A stretch of 28,097 nucleotides of DNA. Source: Desulfobacterales bacterium (GTDB taxonomy: Bacteria; Desulfobacterota; Desulfobacteria; Desulfobacterales; UBA5616). Shown piece after piece: positions 18,972 to 26,629 of this stretch. The stretch's first letter is position 1, and each line of letters begins with the position of its first letter. The DNA is taken from the NCBI GenBank assembly GCA_046483495.1, contig JAWODC010000024.1, positions 1 to 28,097 of the forward strand, in the 5' to 3' direction. The notes beneath the pieces were generated by a model. It made no database searches. It saw only the letters and a list, made by a program, of their open reading frames with translations, and was not told the DNA's origin. The translations under genes were made by a program, and so were the position numbers.

Positions 18972-19083
18972 TTCCCACCGCTCACCTCTTTCCCGTTCCC
19001 CACTCCGGTTCAGGCGGATTTCGACTGCAACCGAATCCGACTTTCCGCAAAGCACCAGGAAAACGAGTCCTTGAGCGTGTGAA
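18972..19083 (-). ncRNA. Probable rpsB (S2) autoregulatory leader structure
   Basis: Minus strand starts CACACGCTCA..., contains GGTG, and closes with GAGGTGAGCGGTGGGA, which pairs with the 5' arm. This matches the general architecture of bacterial S2 leaders and sits just after a candidate promoter. Confidence 0.55.
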
Positions 19084-19098
19084 TTTATAAATCAAATT

Positions 19099-19127
19099 TT
19101 TGTAACAGATTTCCATTTACCCCGCAA
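19099..19127 (-). promoter_or_regulatory. Putative rpsB promoter
   Basis: TTGCGG-N17-TACAAA with an extended -10 TG (TGtTACAAA), ~15 nt upstream of the leader motif. Confidence 0.4.
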
Positions 19128-19192
19128 CATTTTTTTAGGTTTCAACATCCGGCATACGAGGCAAACCGATGCAAACGACACCGTGAACCCCT

Positions 19193-20086
19193 TCAGTTTT
19201 TTTTCGCAGATACTACGCGATAGTGGCCGCCGTAATCCCGGACGAAAGCGATGTCTTCATACCCGCCGACACTCCGGATGATATCGGCGACCTTTGTTTT
19301 CTGATCATAACCGATTTCAAGCAGAAGCCGTCCCCCGGGAGCAAGGTGGTTCCGTACGGAACCTACGATCCGCCGAATGCATGAAAGACCGTCCATACCG
19401 CCGTCTAATGCAGCGGCAGGCTCGAACCGGGAAATCTCGAGCTGAAGATGTGTGATTTCCGAGGTGGGTATATAGGGGGGATTGGAAATAATCATATCGA
19501 AACGGCTCTCGATCTTCAAGGGTTCGGTCCAGTCACCTGCAAAGAAAAGGATCTGATCCATGAGATGATGTTCTGTTGCGTTTTTCCGAGCCACCCAAAG
19601 GGCCTCTGTAAAGCAGTCGGAGGCAAAAAACAGATGTCCGGGTCTTTCCAATGCAAGGGCGATGACAACAGCACCGGAACCCGTACCGAATTCCAGTATT
19701 TTCATCGGCGGTCCGATGGAATCTTCGGGTAAAAATGCGAGGGCCTCTTGGACTAGAATTTCCGTCTCCGGCCGGGGAATCAGGCACTTGTCCGTCACAT
19801 GAAGATCCATAGACCAGAACCCCTTTGTTCCGGTGATGTATGCGACCGGCTCCCGCCCAACACGCCGCTTGATGAGCCGCTTGTACGCCGCCAACTCGTC
19901 ACCGGTAAGGGGCTTGTCGTAGTTGGTGTATAAATCGATGCGGTTTACCCTGAGAACATGGGCCAGGATGATTTCGGCGGAGGCCCGGGGGGCCTCGACA
20001 TCATGGGATGAAAAATAAGCCGTGGTCCAGTTGAGAATACCTAATATAGTCCAATTGCGATGGGTGGCGGGTGCTTCATTGTGCAT
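19193..20086 (-). CDS. prmC: Release factor glutamine methyltransferase (HemK)
   Basis: RR...[44 protein letters not shown]. Start set at MHNEAP (20086), overlapping the prfA stop. Confidence 0.96.
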   Translation of the reverse strand: MHNEAPATHRNWTILGILNWTTAYFSSHDVEAPRASAEIILAHVLRVNRIDLYTNYDKPLTGDELAAYKRLIKRRVGREPVAYITGTKGFWSMDLHVTDKCLIPRPETEILVQEALAFLPEDSIGPPMKILEFGTGSGAVVIALALERPGHLFFASDCFTEALWVARKNATEHHLMDQILFFAGDWTEPLKIESRFDMIISNPPYIPTSEITHLQLEISRFEPAAALDGGMDGLSCIRRIVGSVRNHLAPGGRLLLEIGYDQKTKVADIIRSVGGYEDIAFVRDYGGHYRVVSAKKN

Positions 20087-21140
20087 TCTGCAATGCCTGC
20101 GTTTGATAGTACGTGGCCAATTCCTCGACCAGCTCATCCATATCCCCCTGGAGGATGCTTTCAAGTTTGTACAGCGTAAGTCCGATACGATGGTCGGTGA
20201 TCCTGCTTTGCGGGAAATTGTAGGTCCGTATCCGTTCACTTCGATCCCCCGACCCCACTTGACTTTTTCGTTGTGCCGAACGTTTTTCGTCTTGCTCTCG
20301 AATCATATTGTCCAAAAGCCGGGCTTTTAAAACTTTTAACGCCTTAGCCTTATTCTTCAATTGCGATTTTTCATCCTGGCAGGTGACGACCAGGCCTGTT
20401 GGAAGATGCGTGATGCGCACCGCCGAATCGGTGGTATTCACGCTTTGACCTCCAGGACCTGTTGACCGGTATACATCGATCTTCAGGTCTCCGGGATCGA
20501 TCTCGACCTCGACATCTTCGGCTTCCGGCAGCACCGCAACCGTAACCGCAGATGTATGGATTCTGCCCTGCGTCTCTGTAACGGGAACACGCTGAACGCG
20601 ATGCGTACCGCTTTCATATTTAAAGGTGCTGTAAGCCCCCTTGCCGTGAATCATGGCAATCATTTCCTTCAGGCCGCCCGCACCGGTAGGATGATGCGAC
20701 AGCACTTCCACCTTCCAGTTGCGGTTTTCGGCATACTTGCTGTACATTCTGAACAGGTCCCCGGCGAACAAGGCAGCTTCCTCACCGCCGGTTCCCGCCC
20801 GAATCTCCAGAATAACATTCTTTTCATCATTCGGGTCCCGGGGTGCAAGATGCCTTCTGAGTTCCTCCTCCAGATTCTCCTTTTCGGCCGTTAACTGCAG
20901 AATCTCACTTCTTGCCAATTCTTTAATTTCAGGATCTGAATCGTTCAGGAGCTCCAGGCTTTCATCCAGACTCTCCATGGTCTTTTTATAGGACCTGTAA
21001 ACAGCCACTATTTTTCCGAGATCCGCGTGCTCCCGTGCATAGTTCTGGTATTTCTCGATATTTTTTACGACATCGGGATCACTCAGATGATTTTCAAGTT
21101 CGATATATCGGGATTCGACCCCTTCAAGTTTTTCTATCAT
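20076..21140 (-). CDS. prfA: Peptide chain release factor 1
   Basis: [20 protein letters not shown] (PxT, RF1-specific), GPGGQSVN (GGQ), [12 protein letters not shown]. Start set at MIEKLE (21140). Confidence 0.98.
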   Translation of the reverse strand: MIEKLEGVESRYIELENHLSDPDVVKNIEKYQNYAREHADLGKIVAVYRSYKKTMESLDESLELLNDSDPEIKELARSEILQLTAEKENLEEELRRHLAPRDPNDEKNVILEIRAGTGGEEAALFAGDLFRMYSKYAENRNWKVEVLSHHPTGAGGLKEMIAMIHGKGAYSTFKYESGTHRVQRVPVTETQGRIHTSAVTVAVLPEAEDVEVEIDPGDLKIDVYRSTGPGGQSVNTTDSAVRITHLPTGLVVTCQDEKSQLKNKAKALKVLKARLLDNMIREQDEKRSAQRKSQVGSGDRSERIRTYNFPQSRITDHRIGLTLYKLESILQGDMDELVEELATYYQTQALQNAQ

Positions 21141-21289
21141 CTTGGATAATGTATAACCGTTATTCCGGATGGTTGATCGTAAAGACCATACAGCAGCAGT
21201 TGGGCCCAAACGCACCAAAACCCTTGATCAACTCCGGCCGGCTGCAACGCAACGCTTACCGGAGCCTTTTCAAAGGTTTTTAATGTGGG

Positions 21290-21335
21290 GAAAAACCCCC
21301 TGACCAGCCGTTTGCCGCCTCAACCATTCAAGGGT
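21290..21335 (-). terminator. Possible weak terminator after rpmE
   Basis: Imperfect ACCCTTGA...TCAGGGGGT stem followed by TTTT. Confidence 0.35.
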
Positions 21336-21341
21336 GCAAAC

Positions 21342-21560
21342 CTACTCTTTCTTATTTTTTTCATACTTGGCGTATTTTTTTCGGAACCGCTCGATCCGCC
21401 CTGCCGTGTCAATCAGCTTCTGTTTTCCGGTAAAGAACGGATGGCAGTTCGAACAGATTTCAACCTTTATGTCCGGTTTTGTCGAACCGACTTCGATCTT
21501 CTGGCCACACGCACACTGAATGGTTGTTTGATGATATTTTGGATGTATATCTGCTTTCAT
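21342..21560 (-). CDS. rpmE: 50S ribosomal protein L31, Zn-ribbon (C+) type
   Basis: [13 protein letters not shown]...[19 protein letters not shown]. Confidence 0.98.
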   Translation of the reverse strand: MKADIHPKYHQTTIQCACGQKIEVGSTKPDIKVEICSNCHPFFTGKQKLIDTAGRIERFRKKYAKYEKNKKE

Positions 21561-21587
21561 AACGTCAGACCACCTCCCGATAGGTTT

Positions 21588-22835
21588 TTAAGCGTTCATC
21601 GAATTTAAAAAATCGATATTATTGCTCGTTCCCGTCATTTTTTCAAGTAAAAATTCAAGACTATCTACAGGATTCAATGCCGAGAGCAGTTTTCTCAAAA
21701 TCCAAATGCGGTTCAGCACCTCGGGAGTCAACAGCAGCTCCTCTTTCCGTGTACCTGATTTGTTGATATCGATAGCCGGAAATATTCGTTTGTCGGCCAG
21801 CCTTCGATCGAGCTGGATTTCCAAATTGCCGGTGCCTTTGAACTCTTCGAATATGACTTCATCCATACGGCTTCCCGTATCGATCAGGGCTGTTGCAATA
21901 ATCGTGAGACTTCCTCCTTCTTCAATATTGCGAGCCGCTCCAAAAAACCGCTTGGGCCTTTGCAGCGCATTTGAGTCCACACCACCGGACAAGATTTTTC
22001 CGCTGGGCGGAATGACGGAATTGTACGCCCGCGCAAGCCGGGTGATGCTGTCAAGCAATATAACCACATCTTTTTTATGTTCAACCAGTCGTTTTGCTTT
22101 TTCAATCACCATTTCGGCCACCTGAACATGCCGTTCCGCAGGTTCGTCAAACGTGGAGCTGATCACCTCCGCGGCAACGGACCGCTCCATATCGGTAACC
22201 TCTTCCGGTCGTTCGTCGATAAGCAGCACAAATGGAATCACCCCTTTATGGCCGGCAATAATTGCGTTGGCGATATTCTGCAGCAGCATGGTTTTCCCGG
22301 TTCTCGGCGGAGAAACAATCAAACCCCGCTGCCCGAAACCGATCGGTGTCATAAGATCCATAATGCGCGTTGAATAATTATCTTTATCATTTTCCAGGTT
22401 GATTTTTTTGTTCGGATACAGCGGTGTCAAGTTGTCAAAGAGAATTTTGTCCCTGGCAACTTCCGGGTCCTCGTAGTTGATGGCTTCAACCTTCAACAGG
22501 GCGAAGTACCGCTCCGTTTCCTTCGGCTGCCGAATCTGTCCGGAAACCGTATCGCCCGTTCTGAGATTGAATCTCCGAATCTGAGAGGGAGACACATAAA
22601 TATCATCCGGCCCCGGAAGATAGTTATAGGTTCCCGACCGTAGAAACCCGAATCCGTCCGGCAGGATCTCGAGAGTCCCCTCTCCATAAATCAAGCCGTT
22701 CTTTTCGATTTGAGCCTGAAGCAGTGCAAAAATCAGCTCCTGTTTTCTCATGCCTGCCGCCCTATCGATTTTCAACTTTTTGGCAATCTGGTTCAACTCG
22801 CTGATTTTCATTTTTTTTAGTTCGATAATGTTCAT
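21588..22835 (-). CDS. rho: Transcription termination factor Rho
   Basis: [59 protein letters not shown]; 415 aa. Confidence 0.99.
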   Translation of the reverse strand: MNIIELKKMKISELNQIAKKLKIDRAAGMRKQELIFALLQAQIEKNGLIYGEGTLEILPDGFGFLRSGTYNYLPGPDDIYVSPSQIRRFNLRTGDTVSGQIRQPKETERYFALLKVEAINYEDPEVARDKILFDNLTPLYPNKKINLENDKDNYSTRIMDLMTPIGFGQRGLIVSPPRTGKTMLLQNIANAIIAGHKGVIPFVLLIDERPEEVTDMERSVAAEVISSTFDEPAERHVQVAEMVIEKAKRLVEHKKDVVILLDSITRLARAYNSVIPPSGKILSGGVDSNALQRPKRFFGAARNIEEGGSLTIIATALIDTGSRMDEVIFEEFKGTGNLEIQLDRRLADKRIFPAIDINKSGTRKEELLLTPEVLNRIWILRKLLSALNPVDSLEFLLEKMTGTSNNIDFLNSMNA

Positions 22836-22861
22836 TTACCATTTACCTCTTGAATGAATTA

Positions 22862-22988
22862 GCGTCCCATACAAAAACGGCATTTTGTGCCGGCGAAGCG
22901 GCTTTTTCTCAGCCGCCCTCCCGTTGGCCTGCTTTTGGCTTTCATTCAAGCCCTCAGGCCTCGAGGCTAAGCCTTTGACGATGGACAC
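22862..22988. repeat. Possible highly degenerate element copy adjacent to the rho SD
   Basis: Ends TA-GCGTCCCATACAAAAA and GATGGACAC-TT resemble the family TIRs, and CGTTGG occurs inside. The interior is otherwise diverged. Confidence 0.4.
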
Positions 22989-23085
22989 TTGTTAAAAAAC
23001 GTATACCAAAGCATCAGGGTTTTCGCTGCTTGGCGGCATAACCCAATGCAGTTTAACTCAACACGACGGATTACAAGTTATGGCA

Positions 23086-23230
23086 AAATAACCTTCCGTC
23101 CAAACATCTACGCTGAAACCATATGTCAAGTCCTCAACATACGTTGGTATGCCTCAGGCTCAACAGGCGGTTCCGCCTTGATCTTGAGCCAAAATCGTTA
23201 TTTAGTGTCCATCCATTTCTGAATGCACAC
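23086..23230. mobile_element. Element copy in the rho leader, left TIR lost, right TIR interrupted by a second TIR fragment
   Basis: 23086-23203 aligns collinearly with the other copies (TCCTCAACATAC..GTATGCCT, CCGCCTTGATC). It is followed by TAGTGTCCATCCA-TTTCTGAATGCACAC-TA. Confidence 0.75.
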
Positions 23231-23432
23231 TAGTTAAAACAGCTTGTAGTTTGTAGGGAAAATATCACTTCCGGGCAAAGGTAATATTAAACCCATGTAA
23301 CAACCCGCGCAACAGTATGCCGAGTTTATTGCCGATATGTTACGAAAAAACATCCAGCGCAATTCACTTCAGACGTACAGTCAGATCCATGTCGGTTTTT
23401 TATGGAGGGCTATGATGTTTTGAATTTTTCGT

Positions 23433-23471
23433 ATGAAGATTATCTTTATGAAGATTATCATGAAGATTATC
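23433..23471. repeat. Three copies of 12-mer ATGAAGATTATC
   Basis: Exact copies at 23433-23444, 23448-23459 and 23460-23471. Confidence 0.9.
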
Positions 23472-23518
23472 TATAGGTAATTTTCTCCTAATCGGCGGGT
23501 TTTGCAGAAATTAAATTA

Positions 23519-23547
23519 AAACTAAAGCATCCTTATATTCTTGTCAA
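23519..23547 (-). promoter_or_regulatory. Putative sigma70 promoter for rho
   Basis: Minus strand TTGACA (23547-23542)-N17-TAGTTT (23524-23519), with an A-rich UP-like tract upstream. Confidence 0.65.
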
Positions 23548-23676
23548 GGGCTTTTAAAAATTATTTCTTTTTTTAGAATCCTTTTCTATACTTTGTTTAA
23601 TCACAGACGATGCCGATTTTGATTTTCGGCTTTCATATCGAACAGCGAAGCGGTAAAAGTCATTCACCGGCTTCGG

Positions 23677-25164
23677 ATGCCGGCCGAACCGAGCAGGCCC
23701 CGTACCGGAGCGCCTTCTTCATACCGGACCCAAGGCGGAACTCAAGTGAATGTATACCGGAAACATCTACCGGATGATTTTTGTTTGCCGGCGGTCATGA
23801 ATGCCCTGCCCGAGAGAACCGGGGTGTACATGGTCGGGGGAAGCGTCAGGGATCTTTTGATGAAAAAAAAACCCTCCGATTACGACCTGCTGGTGGCCGG
23901 TGACGCTCGCCGGTTTTCCGAAAAGCTGGCCGAAAATCTTTCCAGGCGTGTCGTTGAACTCGGCAAACCGGGACAGATGCTCTATCGTATCGTTTTTAAG
24001 GGCACCACATTCGATGTTTCGCCTTTAAGCGGCAACAGCCTGTTGTCGGATCTGGAAAATCGGGACTTTACAATCAATGCCATCGTTTACGATTTGAAGG
24101 AAGATCGTCTTGTCGACCCGTTAAACGGGATACAAGATCTCGAAACGCATACGGTGAGGATGATTTCGCATCAGGCGTTCAAAAACGATCCGATCCGGCT
24201 GCTGCGGGCCTATCGAATTGCATCCGAATTGAATTTTATCGTCGATTCCTCAACAACGGCTGCAATTCAAAACAATGCTTTTCGCATCGGGCAATCAGCC
24301 GGTGAACGAATTCGTCTCGAGCTGCTCAGGCTTTTCGGATCATCGAAATCATCGCAATACATGCGTCACATGGCACAGTCCCGGCTGCTGCAGGAAATTT
24401 TCCCCGATCTGAAGAAACTGGAGGGGTGTACACAGAACGATTTTCATGAATATGATGTATTCGACCATACGCTTAACGCATACGGCTATTTGGAAAAGCT
24501 TGTCCATCATATACCGGACCGGTTTCCTGAATGTGAACCCGATCTTTCCCGCCACATGGAGTCCTCCCCGAAAGCGCTTCTCAAGCTTTCCATGCTGCTT
24601 CATGACATCGGCAAACCCCTTACCCGATCCAGTGAGCCGGACGGGACCGTTCATTTTTACGGCCATGCCGCAGCAGGTGCACGCATGGCCGCCGCCGCCG
24701 GTCAAAAAATCAAGTTGTCCAGGCGAGAGGTAAGATATATCGACACCGTGATCCGGCATCACATCCGTCCCCTTCACCTCTATCGCCTTCGGCAGGCTGA
24801 TCGGAGTGTTTCAAAACCGGCGGCCCGTTTTTTCCTGAACGTGGGAAAAAGCGCACCCGACATCCTGATCCACGGCATCGCCGACAATTCCGGGAAAAGA
24901 AATGAACCCGATGCGCTGTTCACTTCTTTCTCTATACAATTAATCCGTCGATACTTTAAGGATTTTCTTAAAAAGAAAAAGAACGGCCCGCTGCTGACCG
25001 GATATGATTTGATTCACAGCTTCGGCCTTGCCCCCTCCCCTCTTTTTAAAACAATTCTCGAAAAAACAGACGAACTCCATTATTCGAATCACCTCAAAAA
25101 TAAAGCCGAAGCCCTGGTATGGGTAAGACAATTTTTAAAATGCCAGGGGGATTCAAATTCTTGA
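23677..25164 (+). CDS. Class II tRNA nucleotidyltransferase/poly(A) polymerase family protein with HD domain (probably CC-adding type)
   Basis: VGGSVRDLL..DYD, RDFTINA, DPIRLLRAYR, ERIRLEL, H.YDVFDHT, LLHDIGK, FYGH. The true start may be GTG 23746 or later. Confidence 0.9.
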   Translation: MPAEPSRPRTGAPSSYRTQGGTQVNVYRKHLPDDFCLPAVMNALPERTGVYMVGGSVRDLLMKKKPSDYDLLVAGDARRFSEKLAENLSRRVVELGKPGQMLYRIVFKGTTFDVSPLSGNSLLSDLENRDFTINAIVYDLKEDRLVDPLNGIQDLETHTVRMISHQAFKNDPIRLLRAYRIASELNFIVDSSTTAAIQNNAFRIGQSAGERIRLELLRLFGSSKSSQYMRHMAQSRLLQEIFPDLKKLEGCTQNDFHEYDVFDHTLNAYGYLEKLVHHIPDRFPECEPDLSRHMESSPKALLKLSMLLHDIGKPLTRSSEPDGTVHFYGHAAAGARMAAAAGQKIKLSRREVRYIDTVIRHHIRPLHLYRLRQADRSVSKPAARFFLNVGKSAPDILIHGIADNSGKRNEPDALFTSFSIQLIRRYFKDFLKKKKNGPLLTGYDLIHSFGLAPSPLFKTILEKTDELHYSNHLKNKAEALVWVRQFLKCQGDSNS

Positions 25165-25189
25165 CTTTGCACAAACAATCAAATAGGTA

Positions 25190-25235
25190 GTGTCCAACCG
25201 GAATCGGCTGTTTTATGCCCTTTCCGTATGGACGC
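25190..25235. repeat. 46-bp internally deleted mini-element in the adk upstream region
   Basis: TA-GTGTCCAACCGGAA ... TTCCGTATGGACGC-TT: an 11/14 inverted match resembling the family TIR. Confidence 0.55.
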
Positions 25236-25312
25236 TTGGTACATTCATTTTTCCGTATTCATAAAAATCCGAAAATCATTTGAGTCATAAATCAACTGAA
25301 AGGAGTACCTCG

Positions 25313-25987
25313 ATGAACATTTTATTTTTCGGACCAAACGGCAGCGGCAAGGGGACTCAAGGCGCCATTCTCAAGGAGAAATACAACATCCCGCATATCG
25401 AATCGGGCGCCATATTTCGTGAGAACATCAGCAACGGCACCGAGTTGGGAGCAAAGGCCAAAGCTTACATCGATAAGGGCGAACTGGTGCCGGACGAGAT
25501 CACGATCCCAATGATTCTCGACCGTTTGAAAAGAGAAGACTGCAAGGATGGGTGGTTATTGGACGGATTTCCAAGAAACAAGAACCAGGCCGTAAAGCTG
25601 GATGAATCCCTGAAAAAAGAAGGGCTTGCCCTGGACATCGTCGTGGAGATCGTCCTTGACCGCCAAGTGGCCAAAAACAGAATAATGGGGCGAAGACTCT
25701 GCGAAAACGACAACAATCATCCGAACAATATCTTTATCGATGCCATCAAACCGAATAACGGCAAATGCCGTGTCTGCGGCGGCAATTTAAAAACGCGGTC
25801 CGATGATCAGGATGAAGACGCCATTAACAAGCGGCATGACATCTATTACGACAGCAAGGAAGGCACACTGGCGGCCGCCTATTATTTCAAGGACCTGGCC
25901 GAAAAAACGGGCAAGCCGAAGTACATCACGCTAGACGGCACTCCCGGTGTAAAAGAAGTTACGGAAGAATTGGTGTCCAAACTATAA
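25313..25987 (+). CDS. adk: Adenylate kinase (Cys3His metal-binding LID)
   Basis: GPNGSGKGTQ, GELVPD, LLDGFPR, GRR...R.DD. SD AAGGAG precedes ATG 25313. Confidence 0.97.
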   Translation: MNILFFGPNGSGKGTQGAILKEKYNIPHIESGAIFRENISNGTELGAKAKAYIDKGELVPDEITIPMILDRLKREDCKDGWLLDGFPRNKNQAVKLDESLKKEGLALDIVVEIVLDRQVAKNRIMGRRLCENDNNHPNNIFIDAIKPNNGKCRVCGGNLKTRSDDQDEDAINKRHDIYYDSKEGTLAAAYYFKDLAEKTGKPKYITLDGTPGVKEVTEELVSKL

Positions 25988-26003
25988 GCATCAGGTTGGA
26001 ACG

Positions 26004-26046
26004 AGGGTGCCCTTTCGCATGCCGGCGAACGGGCACCTTTTCTTTT
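26004..26046 (+). terminator. Intrinsic terminator after adk
   Basis: GGTGCCC-T-TTCGC...GCGAA-C-GGGCACC stem followed by TTTTCTTTT. Confidence 0.75.
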
Positions 26047-26085
26047 GTCAGGCATTTTTTTTAACGAAATCATGAATTTTTTCCC

Positions 26086-26114
26086 TTGCGAAAACGAGTA
26101 GGATAATCTATAAA
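26086..26114 (+). promoter_or_regulatory. Putative sigma70 promoter for rpsU
   Basis: TTGCGA-N17-TATAAA downstream of the adk terminator, with T-tracts upstream. Confidence 0.45.
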
Positions 26115-26145
26115 TTATCATTTTAGGTTAACATGAAAAATAATG

Positions 26146-26287
26146 GTGTCCAGCCAGAAATAGGCAATTTCGCGTGAGTTCAAGGCGGGCGCAAGATCGA
26201 AACCGCAGGAATCGTGTGCTATTTTGAGGATTTCGATTTTGCGTCCAACGCAGAAATCGCGTGAAAGGGCCATTTATGGATGGACAA
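26146..26287. mobile_element. 142-bp palindromic element, copy B, in the rpsU leader (inverted relative to copy A)
   Basis: Ends GTGTCCAGCCAGAAAT / ATTTATGGATGGACAA-TA. Same length as copy A, with ~70% identity by hand alignment. Confidence 0.85.
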
Positions 26288-26355
26288 TAAATAACCACGT
26301 TTCGATGGTTTCATTTGTATCGAATGCCGTCCAGTGGAAAAAAGGGGGCGAGAAT

Positions 26356-26562
26356 TTGAAGGAAATTCAGGTTAAGGTGCTTGACAACGATCTTGAAAAG
26401 GCCATGCGGATTTTGAAGAAAAAAATTCAAAACGACGGCCTCTTCAAACGCTTGAAGCTAAAAAAAAGCTATGAAAAACCAAGCGAGTACAAGCGTCGAA
26501 AACAGCGCGAAGCTTTAAGAAGGCAACGGATTTCCGCTTCAAGAAACAGATACAGACGCTGA
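26356..26562 (+). CDS. rpsU: 30S ribosomal protein S21
   Basis: V.V.DNDLEKAMR.LKKK...GL...K....YEKPSE.KRRK. TTG start at 26356 after SD GGGGG; the longer ORF from 26224 runs into the repeat element. Confidence 0.93.
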   Translation: MKEIQVKVLDNDLEKAMRILKKKIQNDGLFKRLKLKKSYEKPSEYKRRKQREALRRQRISASRNRYRR

Positions 26563-26587
26563 TACGACGAGCATTGAAGTAAAAATC

Positions 26588-26621
26588 AACCCGGCATGAA
26601 TCGCATTCTGCCGGGTTTTTT
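26588..26621 (+). terminator. Intrinsic terminator after rpsU
   Basis: AACCCGGCA...TGCCGGGTT stem with TTTTTT tail. Confidence 0.8.
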
Positions 26622-26629
26622 CTAAAAAA

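Noticed and set aside
21164..21236. Imperfect inverted repeat CCGGATGGTTGATC/GATCAACTCCGG in the rpmE-prfA spacer as another element copy
   Set aside because: Lacks the TIRs and most conserved motifs; too weak to call.
22989..23222. 77-aa ORF in the rho upstream region
   Set aside because: Runs through the non-coding palindromic element, antisense to the rho leader.
23381..23461. Ile-rich 26-codon minus-strand ORF (MIIFIKIIFIRK...) as an attenuator leader peptide
   Set aside because: The Ile content is a by-product of the 12-mer repeat, the nearest SD is too distant, and rho has no link to Ile biosynthesis.
7254..26287. Interpreting the repeats as CRISPR arrays or integron attC sites
   Set aside because: Copies are dispersed singly among core genes, with no repeat-spacer periodicity, cas genes, integrase or GTTRRRY cassette boundaries.
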